DNA of 64,000 bases, taken from Oopsacas minuta (taxonomy: Eukaryota > Animalia > Porifera). The notes below the pieces were generated by a model that saw only the letters and a list, made by a program, of their open reading frames with translations, was not told the origin of the DNA and did not search any database. Positions 1 to 12,739 of this stretch are shown in pieces. Positions within the stretch are counted from its first letter, which is position 1, and each line of letters opens with the position of its first letter. The stretch lies in NCBI GenBank assembly GCA_024704765.1, contig JAKMXF010000332.1, positions 664,018 to 728,017 on the forward strand, given 5' to 3'. The position numbers were made by a program, and so were the translations under genes.

Positions 1-430
1 GCGGTACCCCCAGCTGTTTGTGTGTCCGACTTCCGTACCCTAAAGGTCTTGTAGTACATATTTTTCGATGGGCTAGGTCCTGTAGCCCAAATCCCTGTTC
101 CCAAAGGTCAGACACTCACGGGACAATTTTACGTAGATGTGGTGTTGCCTGAGGCCGAAAAACTTTATCTTAAGCGTCGTTTAAGGACTGGAACTCGTTG
201 TTTCAAATTTTTGCACGATAATACTAGACCACATAAATGTTTGGCTGTAAGGCAAAAAATTAAGGATATAGGTATGCACGAAGTCCAACATCTACCTTCT
301 CCCCTGATATAGCTTCATGTGAGTTCTGGCTGTTTAGAAAACTCAAAGATAACCTCTCCGGATGCAAATTTGAGGATCGGCTCAGCTTCAGTCAGGCAAT
401 TTACAGATACCTTGAAGTCATACCCAAGGA
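1..430 (+). pseudogene. mariner transposase C-terminal fragment
   Basis: Manual translation gives IFFDGLGPVAQIPVPKGQTLTGQFY...FLHDNTRPH...(frameshift)PDIASCEFWLF, i.e. the mariner HDNA and YSPDLAPxD regions, with in-frame stops. Truncated by the window edge. Confidence 0.8.
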
Positions 431-1422
431 TTAGTTTCCCATTCAGTGTCGGCTTATGGAAGTTCCACTGAATTACTTAGATTAGAGACAGTATAACTAT
501 GCTATTTAATATCAACATTCATTCAGTTATTCACCAGGAGATAAGTGCAACTACTTACTCAGAATTTTTTATAGAGATACCCCTTAGAAGAATAGGGGAC
601 AATTGGAGGAAGTGTTAGCACACATCAAAGACGTCAGGATTCGTGGACATCATTAAATTCTGATTCATCAATCGACCATGAGTATCCTGAAGAACAAATT
701 TTACGTTAATTGAAAGGGTATACATATTTGTGTTGTTGTGAACGAAGTTGAGTTGAGGTTTAGCGATAATACAGACGCAGTTATTAACCAACTACGATGT
801 TTAATCAAAAATTTGATTTGATTAAGTTTGAATAGAATTACGCATCGAATCAACAACTCTGATATTGATTATAGTTTTATTCAGACCACTTATTTTGCAT
901 CCAGTACATTAACTGCTATAGTGAGAATAGCAAACTTTGCATATATATATATATTCCTCTCCCCTGATTTCGGTCAGTCTTTTGTTAAGCCCCCTGGAAT
1001 TTAGTGACTAGATCTATCCCTAAATGTGAATTCACAAGTAACCAATCCTTTAGTCAGATTAACTTACCTGATAGCTTACTATACATAAAATCTCACTGTT
1101 AAATTGTGAAATTTGGAATAGCCATATTGTTTTGGCCTATGTATTTATATGAGGATTCTTTATTTCAGAATTAGTGCACATTTCGGAATTACCATCAAGA
1201 TTATATGGTTATAGATTAGAAACAAAACTTTATGATTGAGTACAAATAATAATGTTGGATACTTCAGGACAGTGAATGCCGATTACGATAACATCATTGG
1301 GAACTGGAGGTAATATTCTTTCATCCAGGATGCTCCTATAGCCGATATAAAATATGTAGTAGATGTCGGTTCTGAAAACACTTCATATAAATACATTTAG
1401 ATGTAGAAACCATATTAAAGTA

Positions 1423-2749
1423 TAACTGGTGTTCACAAAGTTCCTGACCCTACCCCAGATTTTTGTTAATATACAGAATACACATTTACAATTGTTGTAT
1501 TTTCTCGAAATAATCACCATTAATGTCTTTGACTCGCTGTAGACGATCTAGCCATTTAAAAAATACATTTTTATAGTCTTCGGGTGGGATGTCTTTAGGG
1601 AGCTCCAAATTGCGTTGTAGGTCGATCTGGTAACAAAATTCCTCCCTGCAAGGTCCCTTTTCAACCTTTGCAAAGAGCCAGAGATCACAAGCAGCGAGGT
1701 CAGGTGAGTAGAGTGGGTTATCTGGCTCAACAACTCTCATTCTATCCAACTCTGACTTTATGAGCTTAGTTTTATGTGGTTGTGCATTATCGTGCAATAA
1801 TCGCATGCCCCACGGTTCAGGCTTTGGCCTCTGCTCCCAGTAATGTTTTTCTACTTCTGAGAGGCAACTGTTGGCATAAAAGCCCCGGTAATTGTTTTCC
1901 TTTTGGTATTATAATCTGGGCAACTGGGCCATGTGTATCAAAGAAAATTGAGTACATGAGCTTCTGATCTCTGAAGTACGGGCCAAGATTGAGTAGAGGC
2001 GCCTCACCTTTTATGACCCATACCTTATTTCTTTCTTTGGACAGTGGCTTGTCGTATCTTATACAAGTCTCGTCACCAGTAATGATTCTGCCAGCCGTCT
2101 TGGATTCTAGTCTTTATACTCGGAGAGCATTTTTCTTGCATAAGTTACCCGACTGTCCTTTTGGTCTTTGTGAGGGAATGCGGGATCCATGTCGAACAAA
2201 TTTTGGTAACTCACAGCTCATCGATAAGTATGGAATGAACAGCTCTCGTTAAGACCCCTACACTCATAGCTAATTCCTCATCAGTGATTTGAGGATCTTC
2301 TTCCACTCTCCAGCGAATTTCAGAGGTGTTACTGCTAGTGACGGCGGATCTGAGACGCCCGATTCGTTCCTCATCTTCCAGTGACTCTTGTCCTTCATGA
2401 AATCGCTTGGCCCACTCCTTCACAGTAGTATATGAAAGGCTAGCATCTCCATAAACGACTTCCAAGTCAATGAGAATATCCTTCGGGTCAATACCAAGAA
2501 GCGTGCGTATTTTGATATAGGATCTTTGCTCAAATTTCAAATTTGAAGCCATAAATATGGAGAAATCAAAGATAGTCAAAACTAAGAAATTTGAAATAAT
2601 CATACTAGAAAACTATTGATGATATAGTGAAAGTTATAGTAGTTCTGAATGGATGATAGAATAAGGTTCATTATGAATACAGATACGTAATATAATATCT
2701 TATATCTTAAAATTCTATGACCAAGGTTGGGAACTTTGAACGCCCGTTG
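1423..2749 (-). mobile_element. mariner element, full length, decayed transposase
   Basis: ORF pieces 2211-2603 (HTH, WAKRF..GR), 1989-2252 region (GDKTWI, DDE start) and 1486-1806 (LLHDNAQPH, YSPDLAACD). Imperfect ~28-bp TIRs, TA on both sides (1421-1422, 2750-2751). Several frameshifts. Confidence 0.85.
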
Positions 2750-3049
2750 TATAACTTCCAAAAGGTAGCACCCTGCGGACCAGCAAAAATGCTTACTTTT
2801 GTGACGTGTTCATTTTTCATGACTTGAACAATTCAACTGACACTGTCTACAGATTTCTGAAAATTTTATTTATAGCACCTCCATGTTACACAAATGTGTG
2901 AAAGTATTGTACAGGCAAATATGTTGTCTCTTCTGCCCATTATATGAGGAAGGTTCTAGTATATTGTGCAGCCACATCATCAAATATCCCTGCTTTCACA
3001 ACTAGTGTGATAACAAAGCTGACAACCTAGTTAAAAATCTGGCAAAAAA

Positions 3050-4636
3050 CGATGTTCACTTTTTCAGAGGTCATATCCAATGCAATTTTGACATTTGGGA
3101 CCCAATTTAATGTTCACACTTCACTTTTCAGAGGTGTACATATTCTAAAGGGGTGACTACTATGTAAACAATGGGAGAAATTTTGGACCGAGAAAAGTGT
3201 TCATATTTTGAAGGTGTTCACTTTTGGAGGTTTACTGTATATGCTTGGGGAATTCAGAAGTTGCCATCCTTTAATTATTTCATCCGAACTCTACTCGATT
3301 ACATGAAATGCATAGTATATCCTAATTGTCCTATCGATTACCTATTTAATGCTGTTGAGCAATTCACTCTAGCTATTATATATCTTGGTCTATCCTACTT
3401 TCAACTTTTCATGGGAACAAAGCATATCGTGGCTCCCAATAGGTTCTTATCCCCCCAAAAGCCATGTCCAGACTTCCTAGACTATAATGTTCTCTACAAC
3501 ATATTTTTGATGCATATGGGCTCGTGGGTCATATACCTGTGCCTAAAGGAGAACGACTCAATGGAGAATTTGACTCAGATATACACCTGAGAGAATTCGA
3601 GAAAGTCTATAAAACACGACTTCTGCGCACAGAACTCGAGTAATCGAACTTCTCCACAATAATGGCATAACTCATGTTTTCAAATACGATCGAAGTTGGT
3701 TGAATGGCTACAACTGTTAATAGATGTAGAGGGGAGTATTTCGAGCAGATTCTGCAGATATTTGATTTGTAAGTGGTTGTTGTGTCAAGATATTGAACAA
3801 AGATGGGAACCTTTGAATGCCCTAAGTAGTTTGCTATATAATTTATGCCGAACAAAGGAGGACCAATTCTAGATTGTTTTTATAACCAGAATAGTTTATC
3901 TAGGGATTATATAGCAACCATTTTCTAGTATGATGTTCTTATTTCCGGCATGTTCTTATAACCGTCATATTCTTATAACCGGCATAAATGTTCTTATAAC
4001 CGGTAATTCAATGTAGTAGAATACAAAAAGGTTCCATAATTATAGGTGTGTTTCTTATTACCGACAACTACTGTATGCAAGTCTCAGTGAGTTTCCATAG
4101 AAATTCCTCCTTCTAAGTTACAATTGGTTAATCGCACAAATGTTAACAGTTTGATTTATTTCCTACGATCTAAGCATTTTGGCAGAATGAGATCTTATGT
4201 TTTGGGTTTTGAAAAAGAAATTGCATTATTCAAGAAATATGTAACGCAAGCCAGATTGACAATACTGAAATTTCGAATACGCAAAGATTGCTTTTTCAAC
4301 ATAACAATTCCTCTGTATCTGACAAGACAGTTTATGCTTTATAGGCATTTCATCCTAAATATGTATTAGATAATAAGTAACTGAGGTGCCCGGATCTCGA
4401 AATATCACTAACACTATGGTAGTTACAACCCATAATGTACATATGCGTTCCCTTAGGTATTCGAATTCTGTTATTAAGTTTACATACTGTATACAAATGT
4501 AATCCAATATGAAATATAGTAACTGAAGTCAACGTTAGTATGAGGAGAATTATATGAAATGGTGAAATTCTTTTGGGCTGATTTAAAATAAGGGTGCCCG
4601 GTTGAAGGAGGTGCCCGTATCTTGGAGGCCCGACTG
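3050..4636. repeat. three pogo/Tigger-like MITE right ends
   Basis: Ends ...GGTTTACTG|TA (3237), ...CAACTACTG|TA (4073) and ...CCCGACTG|TA (4636), each preceded by short subterminal repeats (cacttttcagagg; ttcttataaccgg; ggtgcccg). Confidence 0.45.
3400..3720 (+). pseudogene. mariner transposase fragment
   Basis: Shifted-frame translation SWLPIGSYPPK...IFDAYGLVGHIPVPKGERLNGEF...RTRVIELLHNNGITH resembles the fragment at 1-430. Confidence 0.6.
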
Positions 4637-4720
4637 TAGTTTCTTATATTGTTAATTTTACACCTGTTACTATGTTATATAAATTTTCTCTTAGTTACTC
4701 CGTGAAATTGATTTTTCCAG

Positions 4721-4922
4721 CCTTAACAAGCTAAATGTCAATATGGATAGTCCACCTGAGGACTTGAAAGATTGTGGTTCTTTGCAGCATTATGATAGTT
4801 CCTTTGACAGGATAACTCCAAGAACTTCTGTCAAGCTCTTACCCACTGATAGGGCAAGTTACAAAACTTCCACTACAAGTGATCCAATAATGAATGATAT
4901 GATCGAGAATTGCCTGGCACAG
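4721..4922 (+). CDS. EIF3D: eIF3d internal exon
   Basis: Acceptor tttttccag| and donor CAG|gttaat. LNKLNVNMDSPPEDLKDCGSLQHYDSSFDRITPRT...TTSDPI matches eIF3d (CGALEYYDKAFDRIT...TTTDDP). Ends in phase 0 and joins 33475 in frame. Confidence 0.9.
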
Positions 4923-5159
4923 GTTAATTAACACCTACTTAATTCACTGTATTGTTGCTTATCATTTGCTAAATAACTTTCAATGTATTATCATTTCTAC
5001 ACACGGATTGTTTACTAAATGGGTTAAGTAAGTATCCACAATAGGTCTAGAATTTGTAATTTTCTGGTTGGAAGATTCCACCAATATGCGATTTATTATA
5101 TGAAATTAAACATACCCTTATGTTTATTACCCACTAAATCATACTAATATTAACTATCA

Positions 5160-5570
5160 CTAGTGCACTATACTTCTTTGCGCAACGCGGATTCTAACAC
5201 TTCGTGTCCGTACTTGGCCTCGGCCCTCGCTTAGGACTATTCGTTTGTGTGATATTCGGAATCAGCGTACCCGATTACCTCACAATAACCGTTGAAACCA
5301 CGTTTCTAGGGTAATTTTGAAGGTTGTTTATTTTAAGTTTACTTTATTTTCATATAAACAACTTTAATTTCTATATGGCAAATCCATAAGTGTGGTTCGG
5401 ATTCAGCATATTCGTTAACCTTTAGTCAAATTTATGAAATTTGTATATTTTCCTGATTAACACCATAGATATAGAGATACAAACATTTTTTGCAAATAAG
5501 AATTCCACATTCCATTTCAGCTTCCTTAGCAACGGACAAACGGACGGACAGACAATAGTATATCCTCTAC
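5160..5570 (-). mobile_element. Helitron/Helentron-like non-autonomous element
   Basis: (GTCC/GTTT)-type microsatellite near its 5' end (about 5530-5550), core motif GTAATCGGGTACGCTGATTCCGAAT shared with about 10640 and 19880, and CTAG at the putative 3' end (5160-5163). Confidence 0.4.
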
Positions 5571-5574
5571 TATC

Positions 5575-5990
5575 ATTGTCACTGCAAATGCCCAAAATTT
5601 CCAATGGAACTGGTACAGGTAGGTCCTCTGAATGTGGAACTGGCCTAATGGCGGACGGTACGTCTGGATACGCAATAGTGGATTTAATCTTTTTTGTGAT
5701 ACCATCAATTTTTATCATACAGAAATCGAAAGAAGACACATTGGTTCTCTCCATATCATTGGAACCGCAAACGGGATTATACTTCTCTTCCCAGCATACC
5801 ACAAGCGTCTATCAGGCATTGTGTATAGCCCACGGCTTATCTTGCTTCCCAAGATGGTATCCAAAATAAGTGAAATAACAACGTTCTACAGCCTTTTTGA
5901 TATTTTGTCGTTGGTTAGTGGTCTTATATCTCCCACAAATATAACAAAACTTTTCAGGAGAATTTTTACAACCCAGAGAAGCCATGAACA
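5575..5990 (-). pseudogene. Chapaev3-type transposase N-terminal fragment (divergent second family)
   Basis: CKNSPEKFCYICG...GKQDKPWA...IAYPDVPSAIRPVPHS parallels the N-terminus of the 7375-8229 ORF. Confidence 0.75.
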
Positions 5991-6217
5991 ATAAAATGAA
6001 CAAAATAAACTAAATGTCGAGTGGAATAAAACAGATTATAACTACTATTAGAGGCAATTTAGATCATGTAAGTAATAAAACCAAATGAATTGGATAAGGG
6101 TGATGTGTAGTATAGAATTTAGAAATATCTTTGACCATGTAGTCAATTAAAAGATCGACATAACTAAAATAGAAATTTCTTACTTTTAGTACCCTTGAGA
6201 ATGAAAAACATAGATAA

Positions 6218-8655
6218 CACTGGACAACATTTTGCAACTTATTTTTTATTCCTTGCTCGTTTCAAGTTTACCTAGACTAATATGGCCATGCTGAATCCAA
6301 ATCTGGCCTTAGATTTTTTCTAGCACGTCACGTTTTTGAGATATGACATATGCACACAACAAACCGTAATTGTCATTTTGGCTAATTTTGGCTGTGCAGA
6401 ACAAAACATCACATGTAATAAACACAGTGATTGCTAGTAAAAATAACAGAATTATCATTTTGCACAATTTAACACAACCCAGGACGATTAAACCAGACAA
6501 AAATAACATTGTATCCTCTTAAAAGTGCTTTATACACTTGCTCTTTCGAGCATGTTCAGTGTCAGTTTCACGCTGGAGAAACCAGCAGTAGTCCCCCATC
6601 ATGTTTGGGTTAAATCGACCTCTATACCGCGATTCCATCACAGAGATGTCTTGGTGAAATCTTTCTCCATGTTCGTCGCTCACATCACCCAGGTTTGATG
6701 GGAAAAAGTCCAAGTGTGAATGAAGAAAATGCAGTTTAAGCGACATTCTGCAGCCCATTTTGCGGTATGATTCCAGCAAATTGTCCACTAGTTCCGAGTA
6801 ATTTTCTGCCCTATAGTTTCCAAGTAAATTTTGTACAATCTGTACAAATGCATTCCAAGCTTCCAATTCAATTGAATTAAGCTTGGATAGAAATACTGGG
6901 TCACGCATCAAATCATGTATTTGGGGGCCAACAAATATCCCAGCTCTCAGTTTAGTGTCACTTAGTATAGCACCAAACTTTTTTTTTATGTGTAGGAATT
7001 CATCTCAATTGAAATTCATTGCCTTCACAAATTGCTTGATCAGGCCGAGTTTAATATGAAGTGGTGGCAAGTACACTTTGCTGGGATCAATAAAGGATTT
7101 GCACTTAATATTATATCTTCCAACAATGTAGTCAGTTCTCATTGGCCATTCGGTTGTGTCATAGTGGTTTGCCTCGTCTCTACTGTCCCACAGACAGAGA
7201 AAACACATATGCTTGGTGTAACCCAACTGCAATCCGAGCAAAAGTGACACAACTTTAAGGTCTCCACATATGTTCCAGTTGTGAGCCCGGTATTCAATGA
7301 CCCTTAGGATGGTTTCCATAGACTCGTACGTCTCCTTCAAGCCGACAGCATGAGCAATAGGGACAGAAGGCTTTTCATTTCCCATTGTGTAGTAGGACAG
7401 CTTTCAAACTAGCTTTGCTAGAATCAATGAACAGTCTCCACTCAGTGCTAATGCGTTCGTGGCCAAGCTCATACATGAGTGAATCAACATCAGTGCGAAA
7501 ACACACACAGTCTTCGAATTTAAAGTATGCCGAAACATTTGCATGTCGTCGACGAAAATGTGAAATTGTTGTTCCTGGCTTTAACAAATTTAATTCCTTT
7601 AGGCGAGACCCTAGAAGCTCAGCTTTTTCTTTGGAAAGAGATAAATCACGCACCAGGTCATTCAAAAATGCCTGGTCCATGGGAATCATTTTGTCGTTTT
7701 CATCATGATCCGAAAAATCAGAAGTGGAATCTGCATCTGCCACGTCTACTTCGTCTGTTGAATCCATTTCAATAGTATCCGATGAAGGTGGGATTGGTAC
7801 AGGAATTCCATTGCCAGCATCATGCTCTACTGGTTTTAGAGCAGACTTGCATGTTAGATAGATGATTTTCGACTTATTTTTAGACGAAAATCCAGCAATA
7901 TTTGTTGTGCAAAAATAACAATCCAACGTATGGTTTTTAGGTTCTCGCCAAATCATTGGTACCGCAAATGGTATGGATTTATTCTTTCCATTAAGCCATT
8001 GGATTAGACTGGCATAGCAGACGGTACAGCAGATATGAGGTGCCCAGTTCTTGTCTTGGTCACCAACTTTGCAACCAAAGTAATACTTGTAGCCAATCTT
8101 GACACGATTGGCAATATTTCTTCGCTGGGGCTTCAGCGTAAATTTTCCACAAATATAGCAGAAGTTATCTGGGTGGTTCGTGCATTGTCTTCTGCTCGTA
8201 TTCATTGTAAACAAAAAGCTTAAATACACAATCAGTTACAAACTAAAAATTCTGCAAAACAGTAATGTTGTTGGTTTATCGATACAGTCTACAATCCACC
8301 CGCAAGTAGGCTAAATAACCCCTCCTTATAGCCATGGCCAAGAACACTCAAGAATGCATTAATTGTCAAAAGATAGAACATTACATTTACAGAATAATGT
8401 TAATATTAACCGTACATAATATGCATTGTTGACCAATAATTCGCTGGGAAAGAAAATTGTACAATAGGCCTAACTTGTACTATATAGTACCTTATAATAT
8501 AGTGCCAATCAATGCAAAATCCGAATTTCGTGAATTTTCATATCTTGAAATCCTGACGTAATAGACCAATTCTGATTTCAGATTTGGATCAACATCCCAA
8601 AGTTAGTCTAGGTAATATATTTTCATTTGAGGAATAAATTTGATGTTGCCCAGTG
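6218..8655 (-). mobile_element. Chapaev3 (CMC superfamily) DNA transposon, full length
   Basis: Termini CACTGG(A/G)CAACAT...ATGTTGCCCAGTG, 3-bp TSD TAA (6215-6217, 8656-8658), matching subterminal motifs TTACCTAGACTAA and TCCAAATCTG at both ends. Confidence 0.9.
6519..8205 (-). pseudogene. Chapaev3 transposase, near-intact (one +1 frameshift at about 7383, one in-frame TGA at 7005-7007)
   Basis: FCYICG/DQDKNWAPH/WREPKNH/DCYFC zinc-finger region, FIDSSK, CGDLKV, LPPLHIKLG, SLKLHFLHSH, VSDEHGERFHQ. ORFs 7005-7385 and 6519-6911 are in the same frame. Confidence 0.85.
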
Positions 8656-10489
8656 TAATAATTCCCAACATATATCTACACTATGCAAAAATAATAGAGA
8701 AAGAAGATCATCAAAATGTTGTATATCAGTGTAATAGATCTGTACCGTATGAAACATATTCACTATTCATATTTAATTCCGAAATGTGTTTTGGCATCAT
8801 TTCACAGCATAATTAACTATTTACTGCAGATACACCTCATCATAGGATGGACCGAAGTGTTAGCAAGAAGTCTTTGGAATGTTGACATTTATGCTATGCA
8901 ATGAAAATGTTGCAAGCATGAATGTTGCATCATTGTAAGGTATGCAATATTTTTCAAATTTCACGCACGTGTCTTCTTTTCATTTCTTACTTTCTGGTAT
9001 TCTTTCCGCATTACAACCTTATCAATTCTCAGCTCAAAGTAATCCATAATACGATATATTGCAGGATTTGTAGGTCTTTGGCTGCAACGTCTTTTGGCCT
9101 GCCTAACTTTGTATTTAACTGTTACCACTCTGCCACTTCCTCAAAATTGAGGCTATTGATAAGAAAGATTTATATATGTGCATATCAAAGCTGCGAATTC
9201 AAACCTTATTCCGTTCATCGTTAATTATCGAAGTTAAAACTTTCGGTAACCGACCTTAAGTTTTGTTAGTATTTATAACTTTGGTTACTTGTTAATTTAG
9301 CCAATCTCTTTTCCTTATTTTTAGTTGATTATGGCATGTCAGAGTTGTTGAAGCTGCGTACCTATAACTTTCTCGATATCCTTGTGTTTCAAATTTTAGA
9401 TTCAAATATTCTGAATTTCATGAAAATTGATGGAAATATTCATAATTTTCTGTGTTATTTTCAAAGTTTTCCCTGGATATCTGCTCGAATCCCGGGATCA
9501 TCTAGGGATCTCGGGATGTTTGACTAGTATGTTGTAGTGAACATTTAGCTACGAAATTCTGAATCCTTATCGGACCTAACCTGTCCACATCGACAGATAT
9601 GCACTCTTTTTCCGTTATTTGTGCTACTCGCGGTCATATTATCGAGACTCGGCAGCTGTATTTACAAGAACTGCTAAGCAATTACTAATTCCAGATTTGC
9701 GCCAAAATATCACTTTAACAATATTTCACTATGTCTATTATCACGTATCCTGTATTTTGACTAACTACACTGGGCTTAATGGTTTATGACTTCCCTTACA
9801 TTTATGCCGAGTTTCCTGATTAAGGTTATTATTTATATTAATTATATTACATTTCAATTACAATACCGAAATGTTGTTGGTCATCACTATTTTTTATAAA
9901 CTTCCCCTTTTCGTGACTGCTTGCCAGTGGTTCAGACACTCGAAACCTACTTTACGTTTACCCATAGTTACAAGGTGAAACATAATTAGTTGAAACTTTG
10001 AGTTCTTGACCTAAGTTGTGAAAATACGATTAAACATTTGTTAAGTAAGTGCATCTATACTTAATAGAGTTTATGTTGAATTCAGATTCGATACGAATAC
10101 ATTAAGAAGGCCCTATGCCAGTATCATATTTATTCCTAGAATATTCTCTCTTTTATTACCTACAAGATCTGGGATAATTACCTCGTTTTTCAAGAACTCT
10201 ACTAAGAATATCTCTTTACGACCAGACCCACGATTGAATGAATTACCTCACTTGCTAGAGCGTACCCTGTAACTTAGATTACTGGAACAATCGAGTTATC
10301 AACCTAGGTTGCTTTGTTTCGGTTCTGCCAGATGATGTTCGCATAATGTTTTGCCACAAACTTGGCCCAGGGCAATGGTCTTCTCGGATTCCATGAATAA
10401 TCTTTTTTTGTGTTTGAACACAATTCTATTATTTATATATGCATGATTTTCTGGCCTCAGATTATTTAAGAATGATATTTAGTGCAGCT

Positions 10490-10900
10490 CCTACAGGGAG
10501 ATGCCCTATTGATTTGGACGATGTACGACGTCAGTCCATCAGTCCGTCCGTCCGTCTTGCGAAATCTAAATTCATCCGGAAATCTAAACTGAGGTGGGGG
10601 CTAAAAATTTTCCAGCAACAATGCTTCCAAGGGCTATACAGGGGTAATCGAGTATGCTGATTCCGAATTTGATACTTTTGAATTTGTCATACACAATTAT
10701 ATCGCATGTAAATTTATTTGTTTTTTTCCTATTTTATAAATTATTGGTTGAAATCCAAAAATATACTTAGAGACTTGCTGTTAACGACTACTATGGGATA
10801 ATAAAGTATCCTGAATCCGAGTCTTCCATTTTCAACATTCTAATATGTATATTTCATAGGCACATCTAACAACTTGGTTTTTTTTACCGTACTTCTGTTT
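10490..10900 (+). mobile_element. Helitron/Helentron-like non-autonomous element
   Basis: gtccatcagtccgtccgtccgtc microsatellite (about 10533-10556) followed by GGGTAATCGAGTATGCTGATTCCGAAT. Boundaries approximate. Confidence 0.4.
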
Positions 10901-12739
10901 GCTAAACTCAAAAAATTCCTAAACAGGTTAGCTAGATTTCATGATTTACCAAGCTGCTATATAGCATGTCACTGATTCGTTGAATTCCCCACTGATTGAC
11001 CTTTGAGAATTATTTGTAAGATCTTGTGCAAGTAAAACCCTCAATCATGAAACCAATGTCTATCTACGTAGCCACAGTAGTGATAGGTTGTTTGGCAGTA
11101 GTAGGCCTAATTTTAGGTGGTAATTAATTTTTCTATGAAATCACCTATTGGTCAGTTTTACGCAATGTGAACTAATCGAATTTACATTTTTTCTGTCAAA
11201 CTTACCATGACTTCACCAACCTAAATCGTCCAAATTATTTGACGTTTGTTCAATTATGGCCACTATTCACCCTAGTATTAGTATTTACAAACTTTGAGGT
11301 GAACTTTCCCCTTGATTCACTAAACCACTTACAGTACCAGCGAATACGTTATCTCTTTCGATAATTTATAGGACCTGCGGTATTTCTCCTCTAGTCCTCC
11401 CAATGGTTCTGATGCATCTATTCTTTTCGAAGTTCATATTAAGAGAAACACTACCAATGTACCCAAATTCAACTTTAGGGGTACTTTAACGACCACAATT
11501 ACACAAGAGGGGCCTTTGGAGATACTTCATTCAGTTGAGCCTTTTTGGCTTCTTGCTCCGCAAATTCGCCCACAATGTACGAAAGGATATACGATATTCT
11601 ATAACTTAAGTTGAAGTAACTGAGTTAGTAGTTCATTTGGAGGACAAGAAGATATAGAGATCTGATAAAATAAGAGAAATCATTGCCTTTAAAGATTTGT
11701 CCTGATCACTGATTTAATTTCACTCGCCATGGATAAAATGAAATAGATACATTTTGATGAAACTTCTATGATCGTTGATAATATGAAACTGGTCCATTTT
11801 CACAACAGCCACATTTGTAAAATTTTCAGATCGAAGTGACTTCATTTGTTTGCGTAATTGGCAAATATATATTTATACCCACTCCATCTTGAAGCCATAT
11901 GTAACGTTGATTATTAATCTATGTTCATAATCTTGAAATACCAAAAGATCTAAAACCGTTTCTGTACCAATATTAATATTGTCATCATAGAGTTAGCATT
12001 TTATGAGTTATCACACACACCATAGATGTCATATGTTTTGTTAAAGTCATCTTATACCTCAATAATTGTTACTTTGTGGTCAATTCAGCGGAGCCAAAAT
12101 ATAATATACACCTAACTTCCCATATCCTTATAATACATTTTGATATGATATCTCTTACCAATTTGACGTAATCATGAATATGCCCATATATGGTCATTTT
12201 CGAGATTGCGCAAAAATCTTTAGAGACGCCATATCAAAATATATTATAACGGTATTGGAAGTGAAGTGTTTTCTATAAATTGGTTATACCATCGGATTTG
12301 ATCATAATTTCGCAATTATCCGGATATATCAGGATATTAACACAATATTCGCAAATTATGGTATGTAAGATAACTAATACACTTTGGAACTTTATCAATT
12401 CATCATTACTGTGCCGACCCAATACGATTACTTAGTATAGTGGCTCAGTTCTAAAATCGGTGACTTAGTATACATAAATATTTGTATCCATGTATCTATA
12501 TCTACGTAATTTGGCACCAATAATCGTATTGACATCTAGTTGTGCTACTGACAAAATTCTACTCTGTTTATTTTCACACTTCTAGACACCTCTGTATTTT
12601 AGCCCAATCAGATTGTAGGGTTTACAAATAGGCAAAGATCATAAAATTCATTCTGGTGTAGTGTATATATGTTGATTTACACTCTAATATATTTATTTAT
12701 TTAGACTTCAATTCTATGGGTAAAACATTCTCTTAAATG

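Noticed and set aside
595-720. Possible upstream eIF3d exon (GTIGGSVSTHQRRQDSW...)
   Set aside because: No resemblance to the eIF3d segment expected before 4721 (SVEV..DW..EE.DF), and splice sites are unconvincing.
6423-6429. Other CACAGTG heptamers (about 6423, 18000, 20597, 63811)
   Set aside because: They are not positioned at the end of any RAG1-like coding remnant, and a few 7-mers are expected by chance in 64 kb.
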